A stretch of DNA of 64,000 nt from an uncultured Solirubrobacterales bacterium (GCA_963824755.1 CAWGQT010000022.1:22930-86929); one strand, 5' to 3'. Counted from the stretch's first letter, positions 20,766 through 29,798 are shown. Numbers and translations: made by a program. The notes: a model not told the origin generated them from the letters alone.

Positions 20766-21377
20766 GTGCTTCGAGCTCTCGGATTCGTGCCGGCGCTTCT
20801 GGCTCTTGTCGCCTGGGGCTCGTCGATGGCTTTCGCGACGGCTCCCCACCCATGCGGGCCGTCTGACGCCCACACGCTGGCCGTAAACCACCTGGCTCGG
20901 GTGTACGTCGTGCGCGACGCGGTCTACGGCTGCAGCCGCACGCACACGACCCGCCTTGGCGGGGGTGCCCACGGCTTCCGCGAACACGTCGGCCCCGTCG
21001 CGCTGTCCGGGACGACCGCCGCCTACGGGTTGACCCGGTCAGGGGTCGACACGATCAGTGCCGTCGTGATCGTGCGAGGGCTGCGCGACGGCAAGCAGCT
21101 GCGCGAGCTTGCTGCCACCACGCAGCCACTCGGCGCCGAGTTCGTTCAGGCCGTCAGGTCGATCGTCGTACGGACCGATTGCGCGGTCGCGTGGGTGGGC
21201 TCGGGCAGCTCGATCATCATGCAGGGCCGCCGCGACCTCGAGGTCATCCGGGCTGATTCCCGCGGCGAGGCGCGGATCGACTCGGGTAGCGCGATCGTTC
21301 CAGATTCGCTGATGCTGCGCGGCACGACCCTGACCTGGGTCCACGGAACCGAGACCCGCTCGGCGACGCTGCATTAG
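20766..21377 (+). CDS. Secreted hypothetical protein
   Basis: N-terminal signal peptide, beta-rich body, fills the gap between flanking genes. Confidence 0.55.
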   Translation: MLRALGFVPALLALVAWGSSMAFATAPHPCGPSDAHTLAVNHLARVYVVRDAVYGCSRTHTTRLGGGAHGFREHVGPVALSGTTAAYGLTRSGVDTISAVVIVRGLRDGKQLRELAATTQPLGAEFVQAVRSIVVRTDCAVAWVGSGSSIIMQGRRDLEVIRADSRGEARIDSGSAIVPDSLMLRGTTLTWVHGTETRSATLH

Positions 21378-21808
21378 AGGGCGGCGCGGGCCTCCCTCAG
21401 ACGCTGCGCCAGCGGCTTGTCTGCGCCCGGGTTATATGCCGGGCCCGTTCCGTCGACGACCAGATCGTGGAGCATCGCGAGTCCCTGCGCGTACAGCAGG
21501 CGGTCGCCTCGCAGCAGCTCGACGAGCTCTTCCAAATCAGGTGCGTTGGCCCTGACGGCACGGCTCGCCGGCCTCACGTGGATCCGATCAGCCGCTTCGC
21601 TGGCGCTGACCAGAAGCCGCTGAAGCCCGTATGCGATCTCGGCGCGCATTGGCCGCGCCGTGAGCTGAGCGGCTCTCGCGGCGAGGCGTGGCGAGGTGGC
21701 CGGGTCCACTCCTTCGATCAGCTCACGATCGAGTTTCGTAGCGCGCACCCGGACCGCCAGTCGCGAACCGCGACTCGGTCTCAGGACGTGTTCCGCATGG
21801 ATAAGCAT
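21374..21808 (-). CDS. Conserved hypothetical protein
   Basis: RBS ggaggtg before GTG/ATG 21811/21808; promoter-like TTGAAA-N17-TAGGTT upstream. Confidence 0.55.
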   Translation of the reverse strand: MLIHAEHVLRPSRGSRLAVRVRATKLDRELIEGVDPATSPRLAARAAQLTARPMRAEIAYGLQRLLVSASEAADRIHVRPASRAVRANAPDLEELVELLRGDRLLYAQGLAMLHDLVVDGTGPAYNPGADKPLAQRLREARAAL

Positions 21809-21834
21809 CACGACACCTCCGTAACCTTTTTGCT

Positions 21835-21871
21835 GGTTACGTAACCTACTAAATTCCTTTGAAGGTTTCAA
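21835..21871 (-). promoter_or_regulatory. Sigma70-type promoter with overlapping palindrome GGTTACGTAACC
   Basis: Minus-strand TTGAAA (21866-21871)-N17-TAGGTT (21843-21848); perfect 12-bp palindrome at 21835-21846 in an AT-rich patch. Confidence 0.45.
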
Positions 21872-21935
21872 GCGAAATTCAGGCATGTGTAGCCGACCGG
21901 CCGGGGGCCGGCAAACGCCCTGCTTGAAGGAGGTT

Positions 21936-22307
21936 TCAGACCGGCGTCGTGACTCGGCCGCCGAGCCAGCGCTTGGCCCAGCGCTGCAGCTCGGAAAGCG
22001 CGGGTTCGAGCTCCCGCCCCATCTGGGAGAGCTCGTACTCGACCCGCAGCGGCGGGCCGGGCATCACGTTGCGCACGACGATCCCGCGGGCCTCCAGCTC
22101 CTTCATCCGCTCGGACAGGAGCCTGTCGGAGAGTTCTGGGACCGCCTGCGCGATCTCGGAGAAGCGGAGCGGACCGTCCATCAGCACGCGGAGGATCGCG
22201 CCCGTCCAGCGACGGCCGACGAGCTCAACCGCCTCGTGGTACAGGGGACAACAGCCGATGCCCCGTGAGGTGCGGCCCGCGTGGTCCGGATGCTCGCGCG
22301 CGCACAT
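21936..22307 (-). CDS. HxlR-family winged-helix transcriptional regulator
   Basis: CCP...AVELVGRRWTGAIL..L..GPLRFSE, LSERMKELE..GIV.R, RVEYELS.MG. Confidence 0.9.
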   Translation of the reverse strand: MCAREHPDHAGRTSRGIGCCPLYHEAVELVGRRWTGAILRVLMDGPLRFSEIAQAVPELSDRLLSERMKELEARGIVVRNVMPGPPLRVEYELSQMGRELEPALSELQRWAKRWLGGRVTTPV

Positions 22308-22317
22308 TGGCTGAAGA

Positions 22318-22869
22318 TCACGCGGCTTGCAGCCCGCGCGACTCCTCGCTGGATCCATCGACAGGTATCTCGCCCGCCACATTGATCATTGCGGTGAAGC
22401 CCTCGAGCGAAACCGCTGCGATCGCCTCGAGGATCTGCTCGTCGTCCCAGCCCGCCTCGCGCGCCTCCTCGTGGAGGTGCATGGGGGCACGACCGCGCGA
22501 CTCGAGCAGAGCCTGCAGGTACCGGAGCAGAGCTGCCTCGCTGGGGTCCTTGGAGGAGAACTGACGGGCGGCGGCCACCTCGTCGAGCGCGAGGCCTGCA
22601 TTGCGCGCGGCACGAGAATGCATCGCGATCCCGGACTCTGAGTTGTAGTACTCGGCGACGGCGAGAGCGATCCGCTCGAGCGTCGCCAGCGTCAGCTTGC
22701 CATGACGCAGCTCCGAGCGGAACCGCGCGTACGCGCGCAGCGCCGCCGGCGAGCCGGCAAGCACGCCGAGGAAGTTCGGCAGCTGACCGCCTGAAGCAAG
22801 AGCCCCGCGCAGCACCGGGACCGAGCCGTCCGGCGCAGTGAGATCGTCATGGATCTGGAATCTACTCAT
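22318..22869 (-). CDS. Carboxymuconolactone decarboxylase/AhpD-like protein
   Basis: MSRFQIHD..TAP, LPNFLGVLAGSPAAL..Y, ERIALAVA; directly upstream of the HxlR regulator. Confidence 0.75.
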   Translation of the reverse strand: MSRFQIHDDLTAPDGSVPVLRGALASGGQLPNFLGVLAGSPAALRAYARFRSELRHGKLTLATLERIALAVAEYYNSESGIAMHSRAARNAGLALDEVAAARQFSSKDPSEAALLRYLQALLESRGRAPMHLHEEAREAGWDDEQILEAIAAVSLEGFTAMINVAGEIPVDGSSEESRGLQAA

Positions 22870-22997
22870 GGAAGTTTTCATTGCGGTTACCCAGGGGTTC
22901 AAGAAGGGCAAGCGCCCATTTCGGGAAACGCTTGCCCCTTTACTTTTGAGACCTGCTTACGGTTGATAAGTCTAATTCGGTTGTGCCTTCAGCACAA

Positions 22998-23213
22998 GGG
23001 CGGGAGCGATCGTCGGATCCGGGCCGCGGCCGGCCTGAGGCGGTGTCCGATCTCACTCGGCGCAAGTTCACTTCCCCTTATACGGAATCGCCTAAACGGC
23101 GGATCAGCGCGCCCTCGGAGGAGCGTAAGCGGGCGTTGTTCGGGCGCGGTTATTGCGCGGCATTTCCGCTCCCAGGGCTGGTCGAGAAAGCGACGATCGC
23201 GGTTTTCTCGCCC
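22998..23213. ncRNA. Candidate structured ncRNA (6S-like rod)
   Basis: Nested long-range inverted repeats in an intergenic gap: gcgatcgtcg 23006-23015 with cgacgatcgc 23191-23200, gcgcaa/ttgcgc, cgcgccc/gggcgcg, and a less-paired central region. Confidence 0.35.
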
Positions 23214-23228
23214 CGCCTCGTTCTGGCA

Positions 23229-23283
23229 GCGCCGGCTAGTGCAGGAGGACCGCTGCGCCGGCTAGTGCAGGAGGACCGCTGCG
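23229..23283 (+). repeat. Perfect 26-bp tandem duplication covering a stop codon
   Basis: gcgccggctagtgcaggaggaccgct at 23229-23254 and 23255-23280. Confidence 0.95.
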
Positions 23284-23786
23284 TGGGCGCTCGTCGCCGC
23301 GACGAGCACGAGGATCACGCCGAGCAGCACGGCCCACATCGCGACCCGATCGGGCTGGAAACCAGGGCGCTCATGGCGCGGGACGTCAGGGCGACGCCGC
23401 GAGGTCGCGCCGTAGCGATCGTCGACCTGCCCGCGGATCGTGACGGTCCGCCGAACGGGTGGCTGGTCGTGCTCGGGCGCGACGGGGCGCATGGCGGCGC
23501 GGTCCCGCGTGCGCGGGACGCGGGCCGGGCCGGGGCGGGGCTCGGTGCGCGGGACGCCTACGGGCCGCGGCACTGTGGAGGCTCGTCGGGCGGTCGTGCT
23601 GCGCTCGCCGAAAGCGACTGCGCTGCGGACGCGAACAGCCGGGCGGGGATCATCGCCCCGTGGCTCCTCCTGCCGGGGGGCCAGCTCCTCGCGTGGACGA
23701 GGGATGTGGTCGTGCGCAACCCGCTCGGCCCATTCCGCCAGAAACTCTGGCTCGTTGGGGAGTACTGAAACGCCTGTTCGCGGCAT
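23262..23786 (-). CDS. Pro/Arg-rich hypothetical protein with C-terminal TM helix, downstream of c-di-AMP riboswitch
   Basis: RBS gaggac..ATG 23786; low-complexity body; C-terminal DRVAMWAVLLGVILVLVAATSAHA helix. Confidence 0.65.
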   Translation of the reverse strand: MPRTGVSVLPNEPEFLAEWAERVAHDHIPRPREELAPRQEEPRGDDPRPAVRVRSAVAFGERSTTARRASTVPRPVGVPRTEPRPGPARVPRTRDRAAMRPVAPEHDQPPVRRTVTIRGQVDDRYGATSRRRPDVPRHERPGFQPDRVAMWAVLLGVILVLVAATSAHAAVLLH

Positions 23787-23807
23787 CTCAACCGTCCTCT
23801 TTCTCGA

Positions 23808-23945
23808 ATGCTTGCGGGGTTAGCTGACGGGCTCGCGACGAAAGAGCGGCGCTACGTGCTCGCGCACGATTAGCCCCAACAACTTGGTTCCCCCGCTTCC
23901 TTATGCCGTGGCCCGGGGGCCGGCGGAGCGGGAATTCAGCTGTAC
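23808..23945 (-). ncRNA. c-di-AMP riboswitch (ydaO/yuaA)
   Basis: Minus strand reads GCTGAATTCC...AAGGAAGCGGGGGAACCA..TTGGGGCTAATC...GTAGCG..CTCTT...GAGCCCGTCAGCTAACCCCGCAAGC, matching the ydaO conserved blocks in order. Confidence 0.88.
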
Positions 23946-24017
23946 GGAGCGGCGCATGCTAACACCGCGTCCGGATCGAAGCGCGGTCAGCTGAATGGCC
24001 CCCGGCCGGGAGGGCCG

Positions 24018-24545
24018 CTACTCCTGCCCGGCGACTCTGGCGACGAACTGGGCGACGTCTTCGGCTTGCTTGCCGGCAAGCACGTTGGCGGGCATCGTCC
24101 CGTACCCGAGACATGTCTGGTTGCTGTTGGACGGCGGGTTCTGCAGGCAGCCGTTGGCGATCGTGTTCGCGACCAGCGACGCCGGCGGCCGTAGCGTGTC
24201 CAGATCCGGCCCTACCTTGCCGACCGAGTTCGTCGCGGCCAAGGTGTGGCAGACGCCACAGTGCTGACCGAACAGGGTCCTCCCCTGCTTCTCGGCGCTG
24301 GTGAGCCTGATACCGCCCACCTGGGCATTGGCGTTCGCGTGGTTCCCGGTCAGGATCAGCGCCGGAATCGCAACGCCGAACACCACGTACACGAACACGA
24401 AAACGAACGTCAGGGTCTTGCGGCCGCCGCGCGTCTGCGTCTGAAGCGTGGCCCGAGCGCCGCCGAGCCCTCCGCGCACCCCGACAAAGAACAGCCCGAG
24501 CGCGAGGACGACCCAGAACGCGGCGAACAGGTAGACGGCGAGCAC
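24018..24545 (-). CDS. Membrane-anchored c-type cytochrome
   Basis: Two N-terminal TM helices, CGVCH heme motif, GKVGPDLD, distal GTMP Met. Confidence 0.85.
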   Translation of the reverse strand: MLAVYLFAAFWVVLALGLFFVGVRGGLGGARATLQTQTRGGRKTLTFVFVFVYVVFGVAIPALILTGNHANANAQVGGIRLTSAEKQGRTLFGQHCGVCHTLAATNSVGKVGPDLDTLRPPASLVANTIANGCLQNPPSNSNQTCLGYGTMPANVLAGKQAEDVAQFVARVAGQE

Positions 24546-24611
24546 GGGCGCGCACCTTATCGTGAAGCGCACAGGACTGCTACGTGCGTGAGGAAGACCG
24601 AGCCGCTGCTC

Positions 24612-24707
24612 GCCACGGCCTGCCTTCGCCGGCGGCTGCGCGCCACGGCCTGCCTTCGCCGGCCGGCGGCTGCGCGCTACGGCCTGCCTTCGCCGGACGG
24701 CGGCTGC
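24612..24707 (+). repeat. Three imperfect tandem 30-34 bp repeats abutting a stop codon
   Basis: gc(c/t)acggcctgccttcgccgg..cggctgc at 24612-24641, 24642-24675, 24676-24707. Confidence 0.9.
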
Positions 24708-26290
24708 TAGGACCCGCTTAGCGTCCGGAACGGGTACAGACTCGCGAAGTCCCAGAGCAGGAACCCGGCCCAGATCACGACCAGTGGCCACAGCCACCGT
24801 CTGACGCCCAGCAGCCGCGCCACGGCCAGGTACAGGGCCGGCATGACCACGACCATGTAGTAGAGGTACGTCGTGCGCGAATCGATGGCGTGGAACAGCT
24901 CGGTCGGGAGCCACGTGCCGATCACCCACGCGATCACGAGGAACGAGAGGTCGTCGCGCCTGCGGATCGCCCACCACAGGTTGACGGCGAGCGCCAGCCA
25001 GCTCGTGAACAGCAGCACGCGGCTGATCTCACCCCGGAAGAAGATGATCGTCTGCTGCGACTTGACCTTGCCGTTGACCCGGACCGTGGTCTGGACCTCG
25101 TAGTACGGGATCACCTTGCGGTTGATCCAGAAGTCAGTCGGCGCAGACGCGATGCCCCGCGGATGGCCTACGTCGCGTAGGTTCGCCGCGTAGCGGTTCA
25201 TGAACGTGAAGTGGTTGCAGGCGCGCTTCCACAGCAGCATGTAGTCGCAGATCGAGGACTGGTTGCGGTCGACCGGGTGCCCGCCGCTGTACGGAGTGAC
25301 CGCTGTGTCGAGGATCGTGAGGACCGTGAAGTAGGTGAAGCCCGCGACCAGGCACAAGGCAAGCGGTCTGGCCAGCCTGCGGACCAGCGGACGCCGGACC
25401 CAGGGCCGGCCCGGGTTCTCAACCCGCGGGCCCTGCGCGGCGCCGGCAACCTCATCCTCGGCGCCCAGGCCCCCATTCGCGGCGCCGGCAACCCCATCGC
25501 CGGCGCCGGCAACCCCATCGCCGGCGCCGGCAACCCCATCGCCGGCGCCGGCAACCCCATCCCCGGCGCCGGCAACCGTCTTGCCCACCCCCCCGCGCCG
25601 CGCCCACAGCCACGCGAGCCCCCTCATCGCCTCCAGCAGCAGCAGCACGAACAGCGTGTAGACCGCGAACTCCTTGAGGCAGCTGCCGATGCCGATCAGG
25701 ACGCCCGCGATCAGAGGATGGCGCCGTAAGTAGAACCCGGCCGCCGCCAGCATGAACGGCACGGCGTAGATATCGAGTACGGCAATCCGCGAGTGGACAA
25801 GCCACAGGTTGTCGACGCTCGCGATCGCCGTCGTGCCGAGCGCGAGCCATTGACTCCCGCCCGCGCTGCGCACCAACCAGTAGAGCAACAGCAACGCCGC
25901 GAGGCCGAAGGCGACAGGCGTGATCCGCCACGCGATCGAGTTGTCACCGAACAGCTCGATGCTCCCGGCGATCAGCATCTTGCCGAGCTGCGGGTGCTCG
26001 CCATTGGGGTCGGTCCCAGGTGGCGATGCATTCGCGTACGTGTCGCCGGCGGGCGTGGGCAGGCCGGCGATCACCCGCGCGGCCGACACGTAGTAGCGCT
26101 CGTCGAATACGTACCCCTGCGCTGGCGCGGTGTACTTCGGAATCCCGAGGTGCCAGGCGCGCGCACCGGTCCCGAACGCGCAGACGACGGCCAGCAGGAT
26201 CAGGGGCGTGCGCCGGCTCGCCAGCGCACGCGTAACCCAGCCGCGCAGCCGCCAGTAGGCGCGAAGGGGGGCTGCTGTGCGGGCGTTCAC
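24707..26290 (-). CDS. PMT/ArnT-like (GT-C) glycosyltransferase
   Basis: YVFDERYY, NGEHPQLGK, GDNSIAWR, VHSRIAVLDI, YLYYM; multiple TM segments. Confidence 0.75.
   Translation of the reverse strand: MNARTAAPLRAYWRLRGWVTRALASRRTPLILLAVVCAFGTGARAWHLGIPKYTAPAQGYVFDERYYVSAARVIAGLPTPAGDTYANASPPGTDPNGEHPQLGKMLIAGSIELFGDNSIAWRITPVAFGLAALLLLYWLVRSAGGSQWLALGTTAIASVDNLWLVHSRIAVLDIYAVPFMLAAAGFYLRRHPLIAGVLIGIGSCLKEFAVYTLFVLLLLEAMRGLAWLWARRGGVGKTVAGAGDGVAGAGDGVAGAGDGVAGAGDGVAGAANGGLGAEDEVAGAAQGPRVENPGRPWVRRPLVRRLARPLALCLVAGFTYFTVLTILDTAVTPYSGGHPVDRNQSSICDYMLLWKRACNHFTFMNRYAANLRDVGHPRGIASAPTDFWINRKVIPYYEVQTTVRVNGKVKSQQTIIFFRGEISRVLLFTSWLALAVNLWWAIRRRDDLSFLVIAWVIGTWLPTELFHAIDSRTTYLYYMVVVMPALYLAVARLLGVRRWLWPLVVIWAGFLLWDFASLYPFRTLSGS
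25439..25577 (-). repeat. In-frame 21-bp tandem repeat encoding (VAGAGDG)n
   Basis: ggcgccggcaaccccatcgcc three times perfect from 25481, a fourth with one mismatch, one partial and two degenerate units. Confidence 0.95.
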
Positions 26291-26340
26291 CGTGGCATCC
26301 GTACCAGGACGGACTACATCATGCGGTCAGCTATTCCGGA

Positions 26341-29300
26341 TCAGCGCCTCCTTCCCGCCGCGAAACTCATCACCGGAGGGGCGACTGCGCGGAAATCCTC
26401 GGGCTCGGGCTCCGACAGCGGCTGCCCCTGATCGTCCGCGCGATCCTCGTGCTGCCGCAGGGAGCCGTCTCGGACCGCCTGCTGTTCGGCGCGGCCCCGC
26501 CGCACCGCCTCGTCCAGCATCGAGAAATCCTTGACCTCGGCGAGGATCTGGTCAGGTGCCGCGATCGAGCCGACGCGGTCGACTAGCACGTTGATCACCC
26601 CGCCCGCCGATGCGAACTTCTCGAGCTTGCCTTCGATCAGCATCAGCGGTTCGGTACGCACCGTCAGGCGATTGCTCTCGTAGACCTTCGTAGGAACGAT
26701 CAGGTTGATCGTTCCAAACTCGTCCTCTAGCAGGACAAACACGATCCCATTGGCAGTGCCTGGACGCTGGCGGGCGACTACGAGTCCGCCGGTCTTGATT
26801 CGGGTGCCGTGTTCAAGCGTCTCGAGGTCGCGACTCGTCACCACGCCAGCAGGCAAACGATTCCGCAGCAGCGCGATCGGATGTGTCTGAACGGTCAACC
26901 CGGTCGTGCCGTAGTCGGCGAGCATCGACTCCCACTGCGAGAGGGAGCGCAGCTTCGGGGGCGCCGGCAGATCGAGCGGCAACGCCAGCTGCACTCCGCC
27001 TGGGACGTTTCGCCCGGGCGTCGCGACCCCAAGCTGCCAGAGCGCCAGACGCCGCGGCGAGACCGATTGCGGTTCCCCGCTTTCGGCAGAAACGAGCGAA
27101 TCGCACGCCCCCGACCACGCGAGCAACTCGAGCGAAGGGCCACCTGTCCCTCCGCGCGAAGCCAAATCGGAGAGGTTGCGAAAACGTCCTGCCTCCTCGC
27201 GCGCTCCGACCAGTGCCTTGACTTCGTGCTCCCGGACGCTGCGCACATAGCCGAGGCCGATCCTCACCCGACCATCGTTCATCTCGCATTCCGCCGCGCT
27301 CTCGTTGACGTCAGGCGGGAGGACTTCAATCCCGCGCCGCTGTGCCTCGTGCACGAGCGCATCTGGCGGATAGAAGCCCATCGGCTGCTCGTTGAGCAGT
27401 GAGCAAAGCAGCTCGGGGCAGTAGTGAACCCGTAGCCACGTCGACTGGTAGGCGAGCAGCCCGAATGCTGCCCCGTGCGCCTTGGGAAAGCCGAAGCCAG
27501 AGAACCCCTGGACCATCGCGAACACTCGCTCCGCCGTTTCATCGTCGACCTGGTGCAGGCGCCTAGCGCCGGCGACGAAGCGCTGGTGGTACGCCTGAAT
27601 CGCCGCTTCAGAACGCTTGCGGCTCATCGCCCGGCGCAACCCCTCTGCTTCGCCGACCGAGAAGCCAGCGAACGCGATCGCTACCTCGAGCACCTGGTCC
27701 TGGAAGATGATCGTCCCGAGCGTCTCGCGCAGGACCGGCTCGAGTGAGGGATGTTCGTATGGGACTTCGTAGCTCGGATCCTCGCGCAGCCACTGGCGCC
27801 GCTCTATGTACGGATTGACTGCGCCTCCCTGGATCGGCCCGGGCCGAACGATCGCGACCTGGATCGTGAGGTCCTGGAGGCTCTCGGGCCTGGTGCGCCG
27901 CAGCGACTGCATCTGTGCGCGGCTCTCGATCTGAAAGACGCCCGTCGTGTCCGCCGTCTGGATGCATTCGTAAGTCGCCGGGTCGTCGTACGGGATCCTG
28001 CTGAGGTCGATCAACTCACCGCGCGTCTTGGCGATCAGCTCGACCGTCCGCTCGACCGCCGAGAGCATCCCCAGTCCGAGCAGGTCGATCTTCAGAAAGC
28101 CGGCGTCCGAGCAGGAATCCTTGTCCCACATGACGATCTGGCGCCCCTCCATCGCTGCGGGGACGATCGGGCAGCAGTCGATCAGCGGTCGTGTCGCGAC
28201 GATCATCCCGCCTGAGTGCTGGCTCAGATGTCGCGGTAAGCCATGTGCCTCTGCGGCCAGGCGAGCGAGCCACCCCCACCTACCGTGCTTTGCCCGCGCG
28301 CCCGGACGATCCACATCCCGGTCCAGACCGTCCGCCACGCGCCGCTCCACCCCGAACGCGTTCTCGATGTCCTTGCTCACCTCTCTGGCGTCCCACCCCT
28401 CGCTGCCCCTAGCCACCCGCTCGATCTCGCCGGCTGGGAGCCCGAGCACCTTGCCAAGCTCGCGGATCGCCCCACGGGCTCTGTACGTGGGGAAGGCGGC
28501 CACCAGCGCCGAGCGATCGTGACCGTAGCGCTCGTGGACTCGCGGAATCAGCTTCTCGCGGATGTCGCGCGGGAAGTCGAGGTCGATGTCCGGCAGCGAG
28601 GTCAGCTCCTCGTTGAGGAAGCGACCGATCAGCAGCTCGTTTGCGATCGGGTCCACGTGCGAGAGCCCCGTCAGGTAGCAGACGATCGACGATACGCTCG
28701 AACCCCGGCCGCGCCCAGGCGGCAGCAGCGCGCGGGCGCTATCCGGACCTCTGACCTCGACTGCGACCTCCCGAGCGAGCTCGAGTAGGTCGTGATGGAG
28801 CAGGAAGAACCCGGGGAGGTTCAGGGTTTCGATGATTCGCAACTCCTCGTCCAGGCGTTTCCTAGCCTGTTCGCGGCCTCCCGTGTGCGAGTACCGATCC
28901 TGGAAGCGGCCATCACAAAGCTCGACCAGCTCGCGCATCGCCTCTTCATCCTCGGCGCCTGGATAGCGGTAGCCAAGGTCGCTCGAGAGGTCGAAGCGAA
29001 GGCTGTCCGCCAGCCTCGCGGTCTCTGCAACGGCCTCAGGGAACTCCGGGAAGCGTGCCGCCATCGCCTCCGGCGATGCGAGGACATGGCTGAAGTTGCC
29101 TCGGCGCTGCGGCTCGGAGGCATCGAGCGTCGTGTGCAATCGCACGGCGACGAACGCATCCTGAAGCGGTGCTCTGGCAAGCGAATGCGCGTGCACATTT
29201 CCGGTTGCAATGCACCGCACCCCTAATCGCTGCCCCAGCCCCGCGAGTCGCCGATTCCGAGCACGATCGTCGCGCAGGAATGGCCGCTGTAGCTCGATCC

Positions 29301-29760
29301 GCAGCCTGTCTGGACCGAACGCGTCTCTTAGCCGCCTCAGCGTGAATTCGTCGTGGATCCCATGGGTCGCGCAGCCGCTCAGGCAGACGAGACCCTTGGA
29401 GTTCTCGAGCACGGTCTCAAGCGGGGTCTCCGGTGCTGTTGCAGGCGCTCCCGGTCGCCCGTCGCGAGTGCGCGCGTGTGCCCGGGTCAAGATCCGGCAG
29501 AGGTTCGACCAGCCGCTCGCATCCTGAACGAGCAGCGTCATGTGTCGCCCATCGTCGAGATCGATCTCTGCGCCGTGGATCGGACGCAGCCCCAGCGCCC
29601 GCGCGGAGACTGCGAACTCCATTGACCCAGAGACAGTGTTGTGGTCGGTCAGGGCGAGGGCCTCATATCCGAGCTCGATCGCGGCCGGCACGAGCTCGTC
29701 GGGAAGCGACGCTCCGTCCAGGAAGGAGAAGGCCGAGTGGCAGTGGAGCTCAACGTACAT
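26341..29760 (-). CDS. dnaE2: Error-prone DNA polymerase III alpha subunit DnaE2
   Basis: YVELHCHSAFSFLDGAS PHP start, GRGSSVSS, PDIDLDF, LKIDLLGLGML, FPKAH, QPMGFY, RQRPGTANG OB tail; SOS box at the start. Confidence 0.95.
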   Translation of the reverse strand: MYVELHCHSAFSFLDGASLPDELVPAAIELGYEALALTDHNTVSGSMEFAVSARALGLRPIHGAEIDLDDGRHMTLLVQDASGWSNLCRILTRAHARTRDGRPGAPATAPETPLETVLENSKGLVCLSGCATHGIHDEFTLRRLRDAFGPDRLRIELQRPFLRDDRARNRRLAGLGQRLGVRCIATGNVHAHSLARAPLQDAFVAVRLHTTLDASEPQRRGNFSHVLASPEAMAARFPEFPEAVAETARLADSLRFDLSSDLGYRYPGAEDEEAMRELVELCDGRFQDRYSHTGGREQARKRLDEELRIIETLNLPGFFLLHHDLLELAREVAVEVRGPDSARALLPPGRGRGSSVSSIVCYLTGLSHVDPIANELLIGRFLNEELTSLPDIDLDFPRDIREKLIPRVHERYGHDRSALVAAFPTYRARGAIRELGKVLGLPAGEIERVARGSEGWDAREVSKDIENAFGVERRVADGLDRDVDRPGARAKHGRWGWLARLAAEAHGLPRHLSQHSGGMIVATRPLIDCCPIVPAAMEGRQIVMWDKDSCSDAGFLKIDLLGLGMLSAVERTVELIAKTRGELIDLSRIPYDDPATYECIQTADTTGVFQIESRAQMQSLRRTRPESLQDLTIQVAIVRPGPIQGGAVNPYIERRQWLREDPSYEVPYEHPSLEPVLRETLGTIIFQDQVLEVAIAFAGFSVGEAEGLRRAMSRKRSEAAIQAYHQRFVAGARRLHQVDDETAERVFAMVQGFSGFGFPKAHGAAFGLLAYQSTWLRVHYCPELLCSLLNEQPMGFYPPDALVHEAQRRGIEVLPPDVNESAAECEMNDGRVRIGLGYVRSVREHEVKALVGAREEAGRFRNLSDLASRGGTGGPSLELLAWSGACDSLVSAESGEPQSVSPRRLALWQLGVATPGRNVPGGVQLALPLDLPAPPKLRSLSQWESMLADYGTTGLTVQTHPIALLRNRLPAGVVTSRDLETLEHGTRIKTGGLVVARQRPGTANGIVFVLLEDEFGTINLIVPTKVYESNRLTVRTEPLMLIEGKLEKFASAGGVINVLVDRVGSIAAPDQILAEVKDFSMLDEAVRRGRAEQQAVRDGSLRQHEDRADDQGQPLSEPEPEDFRAVAPPVMSFAAGRRR

Positions 29761-29786
29761 AGGCGAACAGATGTTCGCCTATGTAC
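29755..29786. promoter_or_regulatory. LexA (SOS) box within a 32-bp inverted repeat overlapping the dnaE2 start
   Basis: CGAAC-agat-GTTCG at 29764-29777; arms gtacataggcgaaca / tgttcgcctatgtac are perfectly complementary. Confidence 0.85.
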
Positions 29787-29798
29787 CGGACGGAAGTC

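Noticed and set aside
22906-22937. Inverted repeat gggcaagcg/cgcttgccc followed by a T-rich run, as an intrinsic terminator
   Set aside because: No plus-strand gene ends here; it could be an operator for the HxlR regulator, but the sequence alone cannot decide
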